Below, piece by piece: positions 31,563-43,161 of a stretch of 64,000 bases of DNA (position 1 is its first letter; each line of letters opens with the position of its first letter). This stretch comes from Fibrobacterales bacterium. GTDB lineage: Bacteria > Fibrobacterota > Fibrobacteria > Fibrobacterales > JAOPTW01. The translations under genes and the position numbers were made by a program. The DNA is taken from contig JAOPTX010000042.1 in the NCBI GenBank assembly GCA_051532055.1, positions 53,730 to 117,729 on the forward strand. The letters are read 5' to 3'. The notes beneath the pieces were generated by a model, which saw nothing but the letters and a program-made list of their open reading frames with translations, did not search any database and had not been told where the DNA came from.

Positions 31563-34520
31563 GTGATCACAGGGACAACAATGCATAAATATTTTAATAA
31601 AACATTTAAATTAGGCTTTTCTCTAAATGTGCTTTTGGGGCTTTATTTATTACTTCTCATTACTCCTGGTTATAGCCAAAGTTATATGAGTTTTGAGTCC
31701 AAAAATTTTCAATATGCTATTGATGAAGAAAAAATGAAACGAATGCCGTACCTCTCAGACATTTGTGAAGAAGTCTATAGCCGCCTTACCGAAGTATTTG
31801 ATTATAAGCTTGACGAAAAAACTGTTGTTGTTTTTCGGGACGAAGCGGATTACTCAAATGGGTATGCCTATGGTTTTAAAAATTGGATTGGGATTTATCT
31901 ACCGTCCAGTAACTCCATGCTGCGGGGGAGTCGATATTGGTTAAAAGAAGTGATCGCCCATGAATTATCCCATGTCTTTACCCTTAGGAAACTTGGTTAT
32001 AACTCATCGTTTTTATCATTTAAAGTGAGGACTTCTTCGAGCGCTAACCATAGAGGATCTTCTTTTGGGTACCCATATTCAATTAATAGCAGTGTTACCT
32101 ATTCAGTAAACAATGAAGAAAAATGGCTCGTTGAGGGTCTCGCTCAGCTTGGGGCAGAGCTTGTTGGCTTGGATCACTGGGATTCTCATCGTGCAATGCA
32201 TGAACGAGTACGCTATATCAGCGATGCGATACTTCCTCTTTCGATCTTAAAAACATTTTCAGAAGACAGTCGAACTCGTGAAGGACTCTATAATCAGGGC
32301 TATAGTTTCATGAGGTTTATCTATGGTACGCTCGAACGAACCCAATTTAATTTTTTGTTATTACGAGGGTCAAAAGCGGGACTTAAAAATTCTATAGCGG
32401 AACATTTTAAGGTTGAGTTTTCTGAGGTTTATCAAATGTGGAAAAGGCATCTTGATAATAAGTACGCGGTTGTTGCTAAAGATTCGACTACAGTACCTAT
32501 GAGTACCATTCAAGAAAATAGTCCTTATGTTGTTGAGCGTTCTCCGCTGGTAACTGAAGATGAGATGTTTTTACTCTCATCACGAGAAAACGATTATGGT
32601 GAAACCTCTCTCTATAGAATGACTGAAAAAGGATATAGTCAAATAGCAAAAGGGGTAGATAGGCCTGTAATTAAACATGACAGTCTCCTCTATTATATTC
32701 AAGGTGATTATAATGATTTTAAACATCACACTCTTAACCTTATGAGTTATAATCCCCAGTCAGGAGAGGTAAAGAGAATAACAGAAGATGACAGAGTTTA
32801 TGCTGTGCAGCCCTGTAACGATTCTATTTACATCATTGTTCGTGAAAATGGTTATCAATACATTAAAACTCTTAGTAGCTCAAGCAGTTATACTATTCAG
32901 TCGAACGACTCCATTGAATTAGTGTCATTAGCTTGTTATGAAGACACCCTTCTGGTAACTGGGGTCACCGATTTTGGGCAAAGTATTTACCACTATGATG
33001 AGTATTCAAATCAGTTGGAGCCATTTATTGATACTGATTATGATGAACGAGATCCCATAGTTCAAAATGATATACTGTACTTTTCTGCTAACTATACTGG
33101 TTCTCATCAGATTTATCAAAAGGTACTCCCCGATGGTCCCGTAATAAAACTTACTTCTGTAGTCGGAGGTGCATTTGAACCCTACATATATAATAATGAA
33201 ATCTACTTCACAGAGTATACTCATTCTGGATTTATTATTTCAAAGAGTGTTGAGTCAGCTACACCCTTTGATTATATGAAGCTAACTCGGGAACAATTAC
33301 CACTGACATCATATGGGACATCTCTAAACTCTAGAGAGAATGAACTTGCTTCCTCTACAAGTAATACTAATGGACTTCGCTATCTAGGATTCGATCTATC
33401 CCTCAGTGTAATACATGCTCCCGTTGATTCGAAAAGTAATAAAAGAAGAGGAGGCACAAAGTTTGGCGGTGGATTCGGGTTAAACTATGTAACTCCAGAT
33501 AATCAGACCGCATTATATTCATCTATTGAACTATTTTCAGGACCTCTCAATTTGACCAATAAAGATAAGCCTTTTAATTATACCAATGAACTTGATTCTA
33601 AAATGGAACTAGGATTTTCAACATCTGCATTTACCCCTTATATCAGTACTGAATTATCCATATTTAACTGGACCTACGAAGCCGCCAACAACTACCAGGA
33701 TGTTGGTGGGGTATCCACTGAAATATTTATTGCGAATAGTATTTTAAACTTTTACCTTAATTCAGAAATTCAATTGAGTAACCATTTTTCAGTATTTTCT
33801 TTTTTAGAGTATATGGGGGCAGAATACCAATGGGTTGGGTCGGAACGCTTACGAGACACGTGGACACTCTTTGCAAAAGAAACCAACATTGGATTAGGTT
33901 TAGAGTATTCTGATAAAGAGTACGGTATGTATGGCGTGAATAAAGGACTCTATTTATCATTGTCACCAAAAATATTCATTCGAGAACAGCTGGAATACGA
34001 TTCAATACTCGATCAAGATAACATGGTAAAATATGGTTATTCAGTGTATAGTGCTAAAATTAAAATGTATGGAAATATACAGAGGAAAGTACTGATCAAT
34101 GGTGCCATTACAGGCTTTGTAAATAGTGCCCATGGGTATACAGCATCTAAGCAGTCAACAAGTGCCTATGGAGAATGTTCTATGAAATTGATACCCCCTA
34201 ATTTTTCTATAGGTTCCTCGAGTGTTATTAAAAGACCCTCTATCGTTATGGAATATAGTGGCTTACTAAGAACGCAACCATCGGATTTATCACCGCAACA
34301 GGCATATAATACCACATCCATGCGTACACTTAATAGTGAAAGGAATTCTATTTTTTCACAATCAGTAGGTCATAGTAATAATGTACATACAACGGGATTG
34401 TTTCTGCTTTTAGAAAACCTTACTTTTTTCAATCTTAAAACTCAATGGAAGGGTGGTGTCGAATTTGAGTATTCAGATCACTCATGGAGTCCACAATACG
34501 TATTGAATGTTCAGTTATAA
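31563..34520 (+). CDS. Zinc metallopeptidase (HExxH) + beta-propeller outer-membrane-type protein
   Basis: VIAHELSH...WLVEGLAQ...LYNQGYSF; TolB-like repeats; beta-rich C-terminus; ATG 31581 is an alternative start. Confidence 0.75.
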   Translation: MITGTTMHKYFNKTFKLGFSLNVLLGLYLLLLITPGYSQSYMSFESKNFQYAIDEEKMKRMPYLSDICEEVYSRLTEVFDYKLDEKTVVVFRDEADYSNGYAYGFKNWIGIYLPSSNSMLRGSRYWLKEVIAHELSHVFTLRKLGYNSSFLSFKVRTSSSANHRGSSFGYPYSINSSVTYSVNNEEKWLVEGLAQLGAELVGLDHWDSHRAMHERVRYISDAILPLSILKTFSEDSRTREGLYNQGYSFMRFIYGTLERTQFNFLLLRGSKAGLKNSIAEHFKVEFSEVYQMWKRHLDNKYAVVAKDSTTVPMSTIQENSPYVVERSPLVTEDEMFLLSSRENDYGETSLYRMTEKGYSQIAKGVDRPVIKHDSLLYYIQGDYNDFKHHTLNLMSYNPQSGEVKRITEDDRVYAVQPCNDSIYIIVRENGYQYIKTLSSSSSYTIQSNDSIELVSLACYEDTLLVTGVTDFGQSIYHYDEYSNQLEPFIDTDYDERDPIVQNDILYFSANYTGSHQIYQKVLPDGPVIKLTSVVGGAFEPYIYNNEIYFTEYTHSGFIISKSVESATPFDYMKLTREQLPLTSYGTSLNSRENELASSTSNTNGLRYLGFDLSLSVIHAPVDSKSNKRRGGTKFGGGFGLNYVTPDNQTALYSSIELFSGPLNLTNKDKPFNYTNELDSKMELGFSTSAFTPYISTELSIFNWTYEAANNYQDVGGVSTEIFIANSILNFYLNSEIQLSNHFSVFSFLEYMGAEYQWVGSERLRDTWTLFAKETNIGLGLEYSDKEYGMYGVNKGLYLSLSPKIFIREQLEYDSILDQDNMVKYGYSVYSAKIKMYGNIQRKVLINGAITGFVNSAHGYTASKQSTSAYGECSMKLIPPNFSIGSSSVIKRPSIVMEYSGLLRTQPSDLSPQQAYNTTSMRTLNSERNSIFSQSVGHSNNVHTTGLFLLLENLTFFNLKTQWKGGVEFEYSDHSWSPQYVLNVQL

Positions 34521-34700
34521 TTGAAATAATGACTTTTAAATTAATGGGGTACCGTTGATTAGTATAATAAGGACGCTCCTTCTAGCTTCCTCATAGTAAG
34601 CTGAACTAGTTATTGTGCTGACACTTATCTAGGGCACTATGATGGAAATCACTAACGATTTTTCTATGTTTTCATCCACTCAACGCAATACGGTGGTTAC

Positions 34701-35177
34701 GTGGAAACAATTACAATTATCTTAATAGTTCTTGGTGGTATCTTCATATTAATGGAAATGGTGCTCCCTGGTGCTATTTCAATGTGTATTGGCCTCAGTT
34801 TTTTAGCTACAGCATATGTGTTTGAAACAGAGATGCTCACTGGTGTTTTTGATCTTATGATGTTTTGGAGTGCTGCTTCTATAGTATCGAGTTTGATAGG
34901 GGCATCCATAGCGCGGTTTTTATTCAAAGGAGAGACTTCCAGTCCAGAATTTGTCGATACACTTGATAGTATTGGTGAAGGGGCTATGGTATCAGAATCT
35001 ATAGATGCAACATCTGGAAGGATACTCTATCAAGGAACATGGTGGGATGCTTTTTCTAAAGGGGAGACTATTCCAAAAGATACTGAGGTCACTATACTTG
35101 AACGAGTTGATAAAAAATTTCTTGTATCACTTACAAATTCAAATTCAAATTCAAAAACTAATGAACAATCAAACTAA
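34701..35177 (+). CDS. NfeD-like C-terminal family membrane protein
   Basis: Hydrophobic N-half; GRILYQGTWWDA; upstream of SPFH genes. Confidence 0.85.
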   Translation: METITIILIVLGGIFILMEMVLPGAISMCIGLSFLATAYVFETEMLTGVFDLMMFWSAASIVSSLIGASIARFLFKGETSSPEFVDTLDSIGEGAMVSESIDATSGRILYQGTWWDAFSKGETIPKDTEVTILERVDKKFLVSLTNSNSNSKTNEQSN

Positions 35178-35192
35178 AGGAGAAACAAATCT

Positions 35193-36113
35193 ATGTGGAT
35201 TACACTAGCAGTAATCGCAATTGTGTTACTGATTATCATAAATAAAATGGTACTCATTGTTACAATGCGAGAAGAAGTTATTAAAGAAAGAATGGGTAAA
35301 TATGTGGGAACCCTAAAACCAGGCTTACATTTTCTTTTACCATTCATTGATAATGCAGCCTATCACCGAGAAATGAGAGAACGAGTGCTTGATGTTCCAA
35401 GTCAATCATGTATCACCAGTGACAACATTACTGTTGAAGTAGATGGTCTCATTTACATAAAAGTAATGGATAGCTACAAAGCAAGTTATGGTATTGGCAA
35501 TTATAAAAATGCAGCGGTTAACCTTGCTCAAACAACGATGCGCTCTGAAATTGGGAAAATGACCCTTGATGACACCTTTTCTGAAAGAGACTCTCTGAAT
35601 GAAAAAATTGTTGCAGAAATTGACAGAGCATCAGACAGTTGGGGAATTAAAGTACTCCGTTACGAACTTAAGAATATTAGCCCATCACGTTCAGTTCAAG
35701 ATACCATGGAAAAACAAATGGAAGCTGAACGTCAAAAAAGAGCGGAAATCACTCTTTCAATGGCCGAAAAAGAGTCAAAGATTATGGAGTCAGAAGGTCA
35801 GAAAATAAATTCTATTAATCTTTCTGAAGGCACCAAACAGACACGCATCAATGAAGCAGAAGGTAAAGCTGAAGCCATTAAGCTTATTGCTGAATCTACC
35901 GCAAAAGGTATTCGAATGGTGAGTGAAGCAATTAATAAACCTGGGGGACAGCTCGCGGTACAAGCGGAACTAGTTGAACAGTACATTACCGAGTATGGTA
36001 AAATAATCGACAATTCTAACATCACGGTTATGCCTGATGGATTAGCGAACTTGAATAGCGTGTTTAAAATCATGAATGATGCCAAAGGTATTTCACTCGG
36101 AGAGGTACGATAA
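35193..36113 (+). CDS. SPFH/band-7 (stomatin-like, QmcA-type) protein
   Basis: ERMGKY...PGLHFLLPFID; LAQTTMRSEIG; MEKQMEAERQKRA. Confidence 0.92.
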   Translation: MWITLAVIAIVLLIIINKMVLIVTMREEVIKERMGKYVGTLKPGLHFLLPFIDNAAYHREMRERVLDVPSQSCITSDNITVEVDGLIYIKVMDSYKASYGIGNYKNAAVNLAQTTMRSEIGKMTLDDTFSERDSLNEKIVAEIDRASDSWGIKVLRYELKNISPSRSVQDTMEKQMEAERQKRAEITLSMAEKESKIMESEGQKINSINLSEGTKQTRINEAEGKAEAIKLIAESTAKGIRMVSEAINKPGGQLAVQAELVEQYITEYGKIIDNSNITVMPDGLANLNSVFKIMNDAKGISLGEVR

Positions 36114-37048
36114 TGAGTCAAGCAATGAACATAGCCGAAATGGCATCTCAAGGTATATTGGCAATCTTAGGATTTACCATCCTATACAAATTAATCATCT
36201 CTATTCAGATGGTTCCTACACAAACAGCGCTTATTGTCGAAAGACTCGGCAATTATCATATGACGCTCCAACCGGGTTTTCATATTTTGGTCCCATGGTT
36301 TGATAAGGTTGCATTTAAACTAGACTTACGTGAACAAACCAATGTTGTAGAGCCTCAAGAATGTTTTACTAGAGATAATGTATTAGTCGAAGTAGATGGC
36401 GTGATCTATATCTCTGTAGTTGATGCAGAAAAAGCAAGTTACGGAATAACTGATTACAGATCGGCTGCTATTCAATTGGCGCAAACAACCACCAGAGCAA
36501 TTATCGGTACTATTGAACTTGATAAAACCTTTGAAGAACGTGAGCTCATTAGTGCACGGGTAGTAGAAGTATTAAGTGAAGTGGCTGAGGCATGGGGTAT
36601 ACGGGTACACCGTTACGAAGTAAAGAACATCGTTCCTCCTGAATCGGTTAAAAATGCAATGGAAAAGCAGATGACAGCTGAACGCGATAAACGAGCAATT
36701 CTGGCTCGTGCTGAAGGGGTCCGTCAGGCAAACATTAATGAATCTGAAGGGGTGAAAAATGAGATGATTAACCTTTCTGAGGGGATACGTCAAAAGAGCA
36801 TCAATGAAGCTCAAGGACGTGCACGAGAGATTCTTTCTATTGCAGAGGCGACCGCATCATCGATCAATAAAGTTGCCCTTGCTATAACCGAGTCAAACGG
36901 TGAGGAAGCAATCAATATGCGTTTGGCACAACAGTATCTTGATAAATTTTCACTATTGGCTGATGATCAAACCAATGTGGTGATACCACTCAATGTAAAT
37001 AGTTTTGAAGAAGTCCTCCAAGGGATTAAGAAAAGTACTTCTATTTAA
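36113..37048 (+). CDS. SPFH/band-7 protein, second paralogue
   Basis: ERLGNY...PGFHILVPWFD; LAQTTTRAIIG; TAATG stop-start overlap. Confidence 0.92.
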   Translation: MSQAMNIAEMASQGILAILGFTILYKLIISIQMVPTQTALIVERLGNYHMTLQPGFHILVPWFDKVAFKLDLREQTNVVEPQECFTRDNVLVEVDGVIYISVVDAEKASYGITDYRSAAIQLAQTTTRAIIGTIELDKTFEERELISARVVEVLSEVAEAWGIRVHRYEVKNIVPPESVKNAMEKQMTAERDKRAILARAEGVRQANINESEGVKNEMINLSEGIRQKSINEAQGRAREILSIAEATASSINKVALAITESNGEEAINMRLAQQYLDKFSLLADDQTNVVIPLNVNSFEEVLQGIKKSTSI

Positions 37049-37078
37049 AAGAGAGTATTCAAAGAAATAAGAGAATAA

Positions 37079-37114
37079 AAAAAGGCACCTGAGTAAGTAC
37101 TCAGGTGCCTTTTT
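37079..37114. terminator. Bidirectional terminator
   Basis: AAAAAGGCACCTGAGTA-AG-TACTCAGGTGCCTTTTT between convergent genes. Confidence 0.9.
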
Positions 37115-37148
37115 AATTTGATTTTGGAATGCTAAGATCATAACCTTT

Positions 37149-38312
37149 CTATTCGGTTTCAAGCTCTTCATCATCGGTATACGGTTCAGACCTTCTACCA
37201 GTGATAGAAAGTACTTTACCCACTATAAGTCCCGTAATTGAGGCTATTACTCCAGTAATTACAATACCCATTATTTGTATACCACCATCAATACCATCAA
37301 CAACAGCTATTGCGATAAGTCCACCAAAGAGGCCCGGTAGACCATGGAGGTGTAACACACCACACGTATCAACTTTCTTAACAAGTGCTTGGTTTTTAGA
37401 CTGTATGATTGCAAATCCAATGGTAGAAATGACACCAGCCATAAGGCCAATACCAAATGCATATATTGGAGGTACTTTGTCACAGGTCGAACCAATAGCA
37501 ACACCACCAGCAAGCGCAGCATTCGCAATGTCTGCGACAGAAACTTTACCGCGGAGTTTAAGTGAAGCAAAATAAGTGGCGAGGGTAGAACCACAAAGAG
37601 CAAGGATAACGTTAACAACAGTATTGGGAACATCTTTTGGCGCTACAAGAGCTGCACAAAATGATGGCCAAAATACCCAGAGGATCATACTTCCCAAAAG
37701 AGAGAAACGGTCACTGGTGTCATCAGATTCAATAGGAGTTTCATACTCTTTACTCGTTGTCATTGAATATGCGACACCAAGCCCGAATAGAGCACCAAAT
37801 GCGTGGATGACAATTGAACCACCAGTATCTACAAAACTTCCGACCGGTATAAGTCCGAGTCCGCCAGACACAAGTAACCACTCATTAAAAGCATAACACG
37901 GTATAAACAATATGCCTAATAAGAGGTATTGGTAAATTTTTACTCTTCCCAGGACTGCACCTGCACAGATAAGAAGACTCGCTGCTGCAAATTCAGCGAG
38001 TATTAATCCATCTATATGAGATGTTGGCTCACCAAGTATTCCTAAATTGTCTTTTAGAAAGTAAAAGGGGATAGCGACACTTACGAGCATATAGGTAGCG
38101 GTGATAGCAGTCCGTCCATATTTTTTAACAAATACCATCAGAAAGCCAAAGCCTACTAAGAGCATTGCCATAATATGAATGGCGCGAGAATATTTTTGAA
38201 CCTCAATAACTGAGGCAAGATCATTTCCAGGGCCAACGTCTGAGCCAAAAGAGAGCCCTGCCATTGCTAAAATAAAAATAACAGCCGTTACTATGTACTT
38301 GGGTGTTTGCAT
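37149..38312 (-). CDS. Ammonium transporter, Rh (Rh50) subfamily
   Basis: AMLLVGFGFLMVFVKKYG; DTGGSIVIHAFGALFGL; DTCGVLHLHGLPG (twin His). Confidence 0.88.
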   Translation of the reverse strand: MQTPKYIVTAVIFILAMAGLSFGSDVGPGNDLASVIEVQKYSRAIHIMAMLLVGFGFLMVFVKKYGRTAITATYMLVSVAIPFYFLKDNLGILGEPTSHIDGLILAEFAAASLLICAGAVLGRVKIYQYLLLGILFIPCYAFNEWLLVSGGLGLIPVGSFVDTGGSIVIHAFGALFGLGVAYSMTTSKEYETPIESDDTSDRFSLLGSMILWVFWPSFCAALVAPKDVPNTVVNVILALCGSTLATYFASLKLRGKVSVADIANAALAGGVAIGSTCDKVPPIYAFGIGLMAGVISTIGFAIIQSKNQALVKKVDTCGVLHLHGLPGLFGGLIAIAVVDGIDGGIQIMGIVITGVIASITGLIVGKVLSITGRRSEPYTDDEELETE

Positions 38313-38553
38313 TAATAAATCCTTTATGATTACGGTACAGCTCCGAATAATTTAGTGAATTCAGGGCTTAATTATTAAATACATAAATGTAATTTTGTAT
38401 ATTAAACACCTAAATATTACATGTATGTAAGATTATAAGCGTTAAATTTAAGAATTTTGATGACTATTTGGGTGACCGAAGGCTAAAAACCTAAATAGGG
38501 GTACATTCAGTTCTAATCGTTCGACGAATAATTAGATGATAATGATAATCTAT

Positions 38554-39561
38554 TTACTCGTTTACAATAATTTTATCGTCCTCTACACAATAATCTTTTT
38601 CAGCGCAGTCAGCAGTGCATTCTTCAAAACCATCGTCGCCTGTATGGCAAACACTCGGTACACACTGTTCTTTACACCAACTGGGACAGTCAAATCCGAA
38701 AGCACTACATGCTGTTTCACAAAGCCCTGGCTGCTGACACCCATACTCATCTAACCCCTGTGGGATGACCACACCGTCATCACACCAATCTTCAGGAGGC
38801 GCTGAATACTGAGGACATGCAATTTCAACCGGTTTGAGAGATTCTATGGTAATTTCCATAATGCCATCCACTTCTACTCTAGTATCAAACTTCCATTGAA
38901 TGCTCTTAGGATAAAAATACTGAGTATCATACGAGATCAATATGGTGTCTATATAGTATTTATGAGAATTATCAAACTCTTCTATAAGTTGCTTGTACAG
39001 TGAATCAATATTTGAATTCCAATAATCATAGCCCTTCTGATTGCTATTAATTCCTTCATCTAAGTATATGATTGTGGTGTCATTCTTGAGTACATGTTGA
39101 ACGATTGTATTACCCATGTCGTAAATAGTCCATTTTGTTTCATAGGTCAATGGCTCAGCTTCTAAAAATTTTCGATGCATTTCTTTAAGTTTTTCAATGT
39201 CGAAAATCACGGTATCTTGAGGTACACTGTTACTACTGCTCACACTTAAGTCTTCAGAACTACAAGCGTTACCACAATTATTTATAGAGCTGGAGGACAT
39301 GTTACTCGATCTATTTTTGGAGTGTATGTCGAAACTCTCTCCTGAGCTATCATTGGAGCTTTCAACAGTAATTTCTACGGAACTGTCGTAGTCAATATCA
39401 CTAGAGTTGTCTTCAACAATAATCTCGGTTTGTTGATAGGAGCTTTCTGTTGCTTGGTCACTAGATGATTGTACCATAGACTCTGATTGATCTTCGGCTG
39501 TTGTGAGACAGCCTTGAATCAAGCATGAAAAAGTAAGAGTAATTAAGAGTTTGTATAACAT
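38554..39561 (-). CDS. Ser-rich lipoprotein with Cys-rich C-terminus
   Basis: Lipobox IQGC; about 10 Cys in the last 80 aa. Confidence 0.7.
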   Translation of the reverse strand: MLYKLLITLTFSCLIQGCLTTAEDQSESMVQSSSDQATESSYQQTEIIVEDNSSDIDYDSSVEITVESSNDSSGESFDIHSKNRSSNMSSSSINNCGNACSSEDLSVSSSNSVPQDTVIFDIEKLKEMHRKFLEAEPLTYETKWTIYDMGNTIVQHVLKNDTTIIYLDEGINSNQKGYDYWNSNIDSLYKQLIEEFDNSHKYYIDTILISYDTQYFYPKSIQWKFDTRVEVDGIMEITIESLKPVEIACPQYSAPPEDWCDDGVVIPQGLDEYGCQQPGLCETACSAFGFDCPSWCKEQCVPSVCHTGDDGFEECTADCAEKDYCVEDDKIIVNE

Positions 39562-39845
39562 AGAGGCTCCATAGTAATTACTCTAAATATATAACGTTAC
39601 TGTAAATGTGTTTACTTAATACACATACAGCGTGATTAAAGCGCTCTCACGCTGGGAGCGGTTTAATCTCGTAGAATATATGCCATATTTTTAATAATTG
39701 ATACTCTATAAACACTTTCTTAAACACATATGACTTTGGATCGATACTGAAATGTTGCCGATAGTTCATATTTAACCCAAATCTATTAGATTTAATCGAC
39801 CATCACATACCATTAACTATAAACTTCAATTATTAGGGAAAATAA

Positions 39846-41750
39846 ATGAAAAATGTGATCTCAAATTTTAGCCTTCAGAGCCTGGGTAAGAGCACTATGG
39901 TTCTCTTTTTAGTTTTAAATACAGCTATTTTTGCATTTGACGCTTCCTATGCATTAACGGCCTCTGATACGGTACCTTCAAGCTCTGATATCTTTCGCTG
40001 GGGTACCAATCCTGGTTGGGTGCAAGGCTGGTCAGATCAGCAGCGAGCAGATCTTATAGCAGGGAATGCTGAAACAGGTATTCCCGGAACAGGAGCCAAT
40101 AGCCTTAGGGGCTCTTTACCCCATCACTTCATAGAAAAATGGGGGATAGCCATCAACCATGATGATTATGAATACTATAACAATCGTGGGTTAGATCAAT
40201 TTACTCTCTTTGTAGGTGGTGTTGCTGAAGAGTATCGTGAAGAGGTTAATCATTGTGATGGTCAGCAGTCAAAAATGTGGAAGAATATGTATGCCCCAAT
40301 CTGGGACGAAGGCCAAAACGGTACATTGGTCAATGACACGAATTATTTTGCACGCTATATCTATGATGTCGCAGAAACGTATGGCTCATATATAAAATAT
40401 TGGGAGATAATCAATGAGCCTGATTACACATCTTCAGATGCTGGTTGGGGGAGCATTACAGATGATCACAACTGGTATAATAGTAACCCGGATCCCTGCG
40501 ATCTCCCCAATATTCTCGCACCAATTTCATATTACAATCGAGCCCTCCATATAGCCTATGAGGTAATAAAGTCAAAAGATGAAACTGATTATGTGTGCCT
40601 TGGTGGAATAGGATATGTTAATTTTATGGATGCACTGCTTAGAAATAGTGAAAATCCTGTTGATGGATCAATAACTGACGTGTATAGTAGTCGAGGTGGA
40701 GATTGGTTTGATTGTGTGAGCTTTCATAAATACCCCATGTACACTCTTTCGCAGTGGGAGAACGGCGGGCGAACCTATTTTCGTCACTCCGATGCTGCGA
40801 TTACAGTCATAGATGAAACAACAAGTGCTTTCAGAAATCAACTCAAGGAGTACGGGTATGATGGTAACACCTACCCAGAAAAACGCTTGATTATCACTGA
40901 AACAAATATACCACGGGTAGCTACAGGTGATCTTATTGGTTCTGATAGTGCACAATATAATTATTTAAGTAAACTCTTTATCAAAGCACAAACTATGGGT
41001 CTCGATCAAGTTCATACCTACGCCCTTTTCGATACTAAAAATTCCGACACAGTTACTGATCCTTATAGTGTAATGGGGTTTTATAATTCCCTTATTGATG
41101 TTCCCTATGGAAAGCAGACAGAAACCAATGCTGCAGTAGCATTAAGAACCGTATCCCTTTTTCTTAATGGATTTAGGTATGACAGTACATTGACCCACCG
41201 ATTAAAACTCAATGAAACCATTGATGGAGGAGCCTTTACAAAAGAGGAGACGAGTGTTGTTGCGCTATGGGCCAAAACCGATACTGATATGAGTGAAAAA
41301 TCAGAAGCAGAATATCTATTTCCAGATGATTTTAATGAATCTAAAAATGCAATTCTGGTTGAATGGGATTATGCATTAACAGGATTAACTCATACTTTAA
41401 ATTTGAAGAATAGTGTTACACTCCATGGTTCAGTCCAATTGTTTCAATTGTTAATGCCTGATTCTAAAAGTGATCCATCAACTCAAACGACCACGATTCC
41501 TCTCATTGTAAATGGCGGCCAAAGTAGTGAACCACAAAGGGAGTCATCAAGCCATTCATTCGCGCCCAATACCGACTCCATCACATCTCCAATAGGTAAG
41601 TTGTTTTATAATAAGAAGTTACATTATAAAGTTATAGGCTCACATGAACTGATTCCAGAATCAGCGGTAGCAGTGTACACCCTTTTAGGGGTGAAATTAA
41701 ACGATGTACCCAAAGCGCGCGCTATGCCCGTTGTAGTTTTGTACCCTTAA
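39846..41750 (+). CDS. Secreted clan GH-A glycoside hydrolase-like protein
   Basis: YWEIINEPD (acid/base); FDCVSFHKYP; IITETN (nucleophile). Confidence 0.75.
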   Translation: MKNVISNFSLQSLGKSTMVLFLVLNTAIFAFDASYALTASDTVPSSSDIFRWGTNPGWVQGWSDQQRADLIAGNAETGIPGTGANSLRGSLPHHFIEKWGIAINHDDYEYYNNRGLDQFTLFVGGVAEEYREEVNHCDGQQSKMWKNMYAPIWDEGQNGTLVNDTNYFARYIYDVAETYGSYIKYWEIINEPDYTSSDAGWGSITDDHNWYNSNPDPCDLPNILAPISYYNRALHIAYEVIKSKDETDYVCLGGIGYVNFMDALLRNSENPVDGSITDVYSSRGGDWFDCVSFHKYPMYTLSQWENGGRTYFRHSDAAITVIDETTSAFRNQLKEYGYDGNTYPEKRLIITETNIPRVATGDLIGSDSAQYNYLSKLFIKAQTMGLDQVHTYALFDTKNSDTVTDPYSVMGFYNSLIDVPYGKQTETNAAVALRTVSLFLNGFRYDSTLTHRLKLNETIDGGAFTKEETSVVALWAKTDTDMSEKSEAEYLFPDDFNESKNAILVEWDYALTGLTHTLNLKNSVTLHGSVQLFQLLMPDSKSDPSTQTTTIPLIVNGGQSSEPQRESSSHSFAPNTDSITSPIGKLFYNKKLHYKVIGSHELIPESAVAVYTLLGVKLNDVPKARAMPVVVLYP

Positions 41751-41906
41751 ATTACTTTTAAACGAGCCAGTAATACAATGCCGCTTTTTATGAACTAAAT
41801 GGAAACAGAATGTGCATATGATTGAGGCAGTGCCATTATTCATTTACTGTTATTTGGCCTATCTCTTCATATGTTTAATCCATAAAATAATTAATCGGGA
41901 ATTATT

Positions 41907-42983
41907 ATGAAATTTGGTGCTGTCTCTTCAGTGATACTTGTTACTTTAGGTTTATCAAACTGTACGATCATGGGGGATGATGAAGGGGACTATTCTTCTC
42001 AGGTGAATGCTCAGTACAGCTCTAGTATAGAGCGTCAGTCATTGTATGAAAATACCGATAGTTATTCTAGTAGTGATGACTATTCTTCGAGTAGCAATCA
42101 AGAGAACCCTTTACCTGAAGAGTATTCTTCATCTGATGTAATAGAGCAGCCCTTATCAAGTGTTTCTGATCTCGATAGTTCTCAATTTGCCGACAAAGAA
42201 TATACCATACTTGGTCCTGTATATCATTTTGAAACAGTTGATTCTATTACCCTCTATCAAACAGCCCTTGAGTGGAGAGGAACCTTCAATTATCTCTCTG
42301 AAGATTTAAAAACAATGGGCACAATTCAGTGTGAAGGTGTGTATTATGATCACACTTGGAAGGGTGCTACCTTCCACAATAAAACACAGACCTGTTTTGG
42401 AAATACTGAAATATATGGTGCTACCTATTCAGAATTTCACATTGTGGATTCAGTCGATCAGGTCTCATTTAAAGTCAAGATGCCTCTAAATAAAATTCGA
42501 GAACCCAAGCTTATAACCGTTGATGCTGTATTAGAAAATAGGTTTTTTGATGGTGATACATTACCTATGTATACGGTATGGGGCGAATTGTCACCTGTTG
42601 TTACTATCTATCAAGAAAGAGTGCATGGGGAGTTTTTCACAACGTGGAGTCTCATGAGTGAATACTATTCAGAACTTTCTCTTACTAAAAAAGGGACGTT
42701 CTCGGTCTCTCGAATATGGGGCTATGATATGGCCGGTGAAAACCAAAGAGGGACCTATTTCTATACACAAGCAGGATTAGTACTTGATTATGAAAGTGGT
42801 CACAGTGATACACTACTCATAAATCAAAGTGGTGAACTTTTGCTTGATGTAGTGCATGCCTTTGGAGATAAGGATGACCATAAGAATCGCTTTACGCTTC
42901 TCACGGGTGTTCATTCCAAAAAAGTTTCAAATATTAGATTATACCACAAGTTAAACGAAGTCACAAACAACCTTCATTATTAA
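41907..42983 (+). CDS. Ser-rich lipoprotein, unknown function
   Basis: Lipobox LSNC; Ser-rich linker. Confidence 0.7.
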   Translation: MKFGAVSSVILVTLGLSNCTIMGDDEGDYSSQVNAQYSSSIERQSLYENTDSYSSSDDYSSSSNQENPLPEEYSSSDVIEQPLSSVSDLDSSQFADKEYTILGPVYHFETVDSITLYQTALEWRGTFNYLSEDLKTMGTIQCEGVYYDHTWKGATFHNKTQTCFGNTEIYGATYSEFHIVDSVDQVSFKVKMPLNKIREPKLITVDAVLENRFFDGDTLPMYTVWGELSPVVTIYQERVHGEFFTTWSLMSEYYSELSLTKKGTFSVSRIWGYDMAGENQRGTYFYTQAGLVLDYESGHSDTLLINQSGELLLDVVHAFGDKDDHKNRFTLLTGVHSKKVSNIRLYHKLNEVTNNLHY

Positions 42984-43161
42984 TAGGGATGACAGTATCC
43001 ATCAGAGATCAATTTATTTAATCGGTTGAGTAAGTATTTAAATGCGATTTAATGATGTTTTCTAAGCATAATAAGCTTAAAAACTTACACGTCTAAACAA
43101 TATTAAATTAGGTTTAATCTATATTATTCCATAATTCTGTGGAATTACTCGAGGTAACAGG

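Noticed and set aside
34540..34700. Possible riboswitch upstream of the NfeD-SPFH operon
   Set aside because: No recognisable aptamer consensus or convincing stem set by eye
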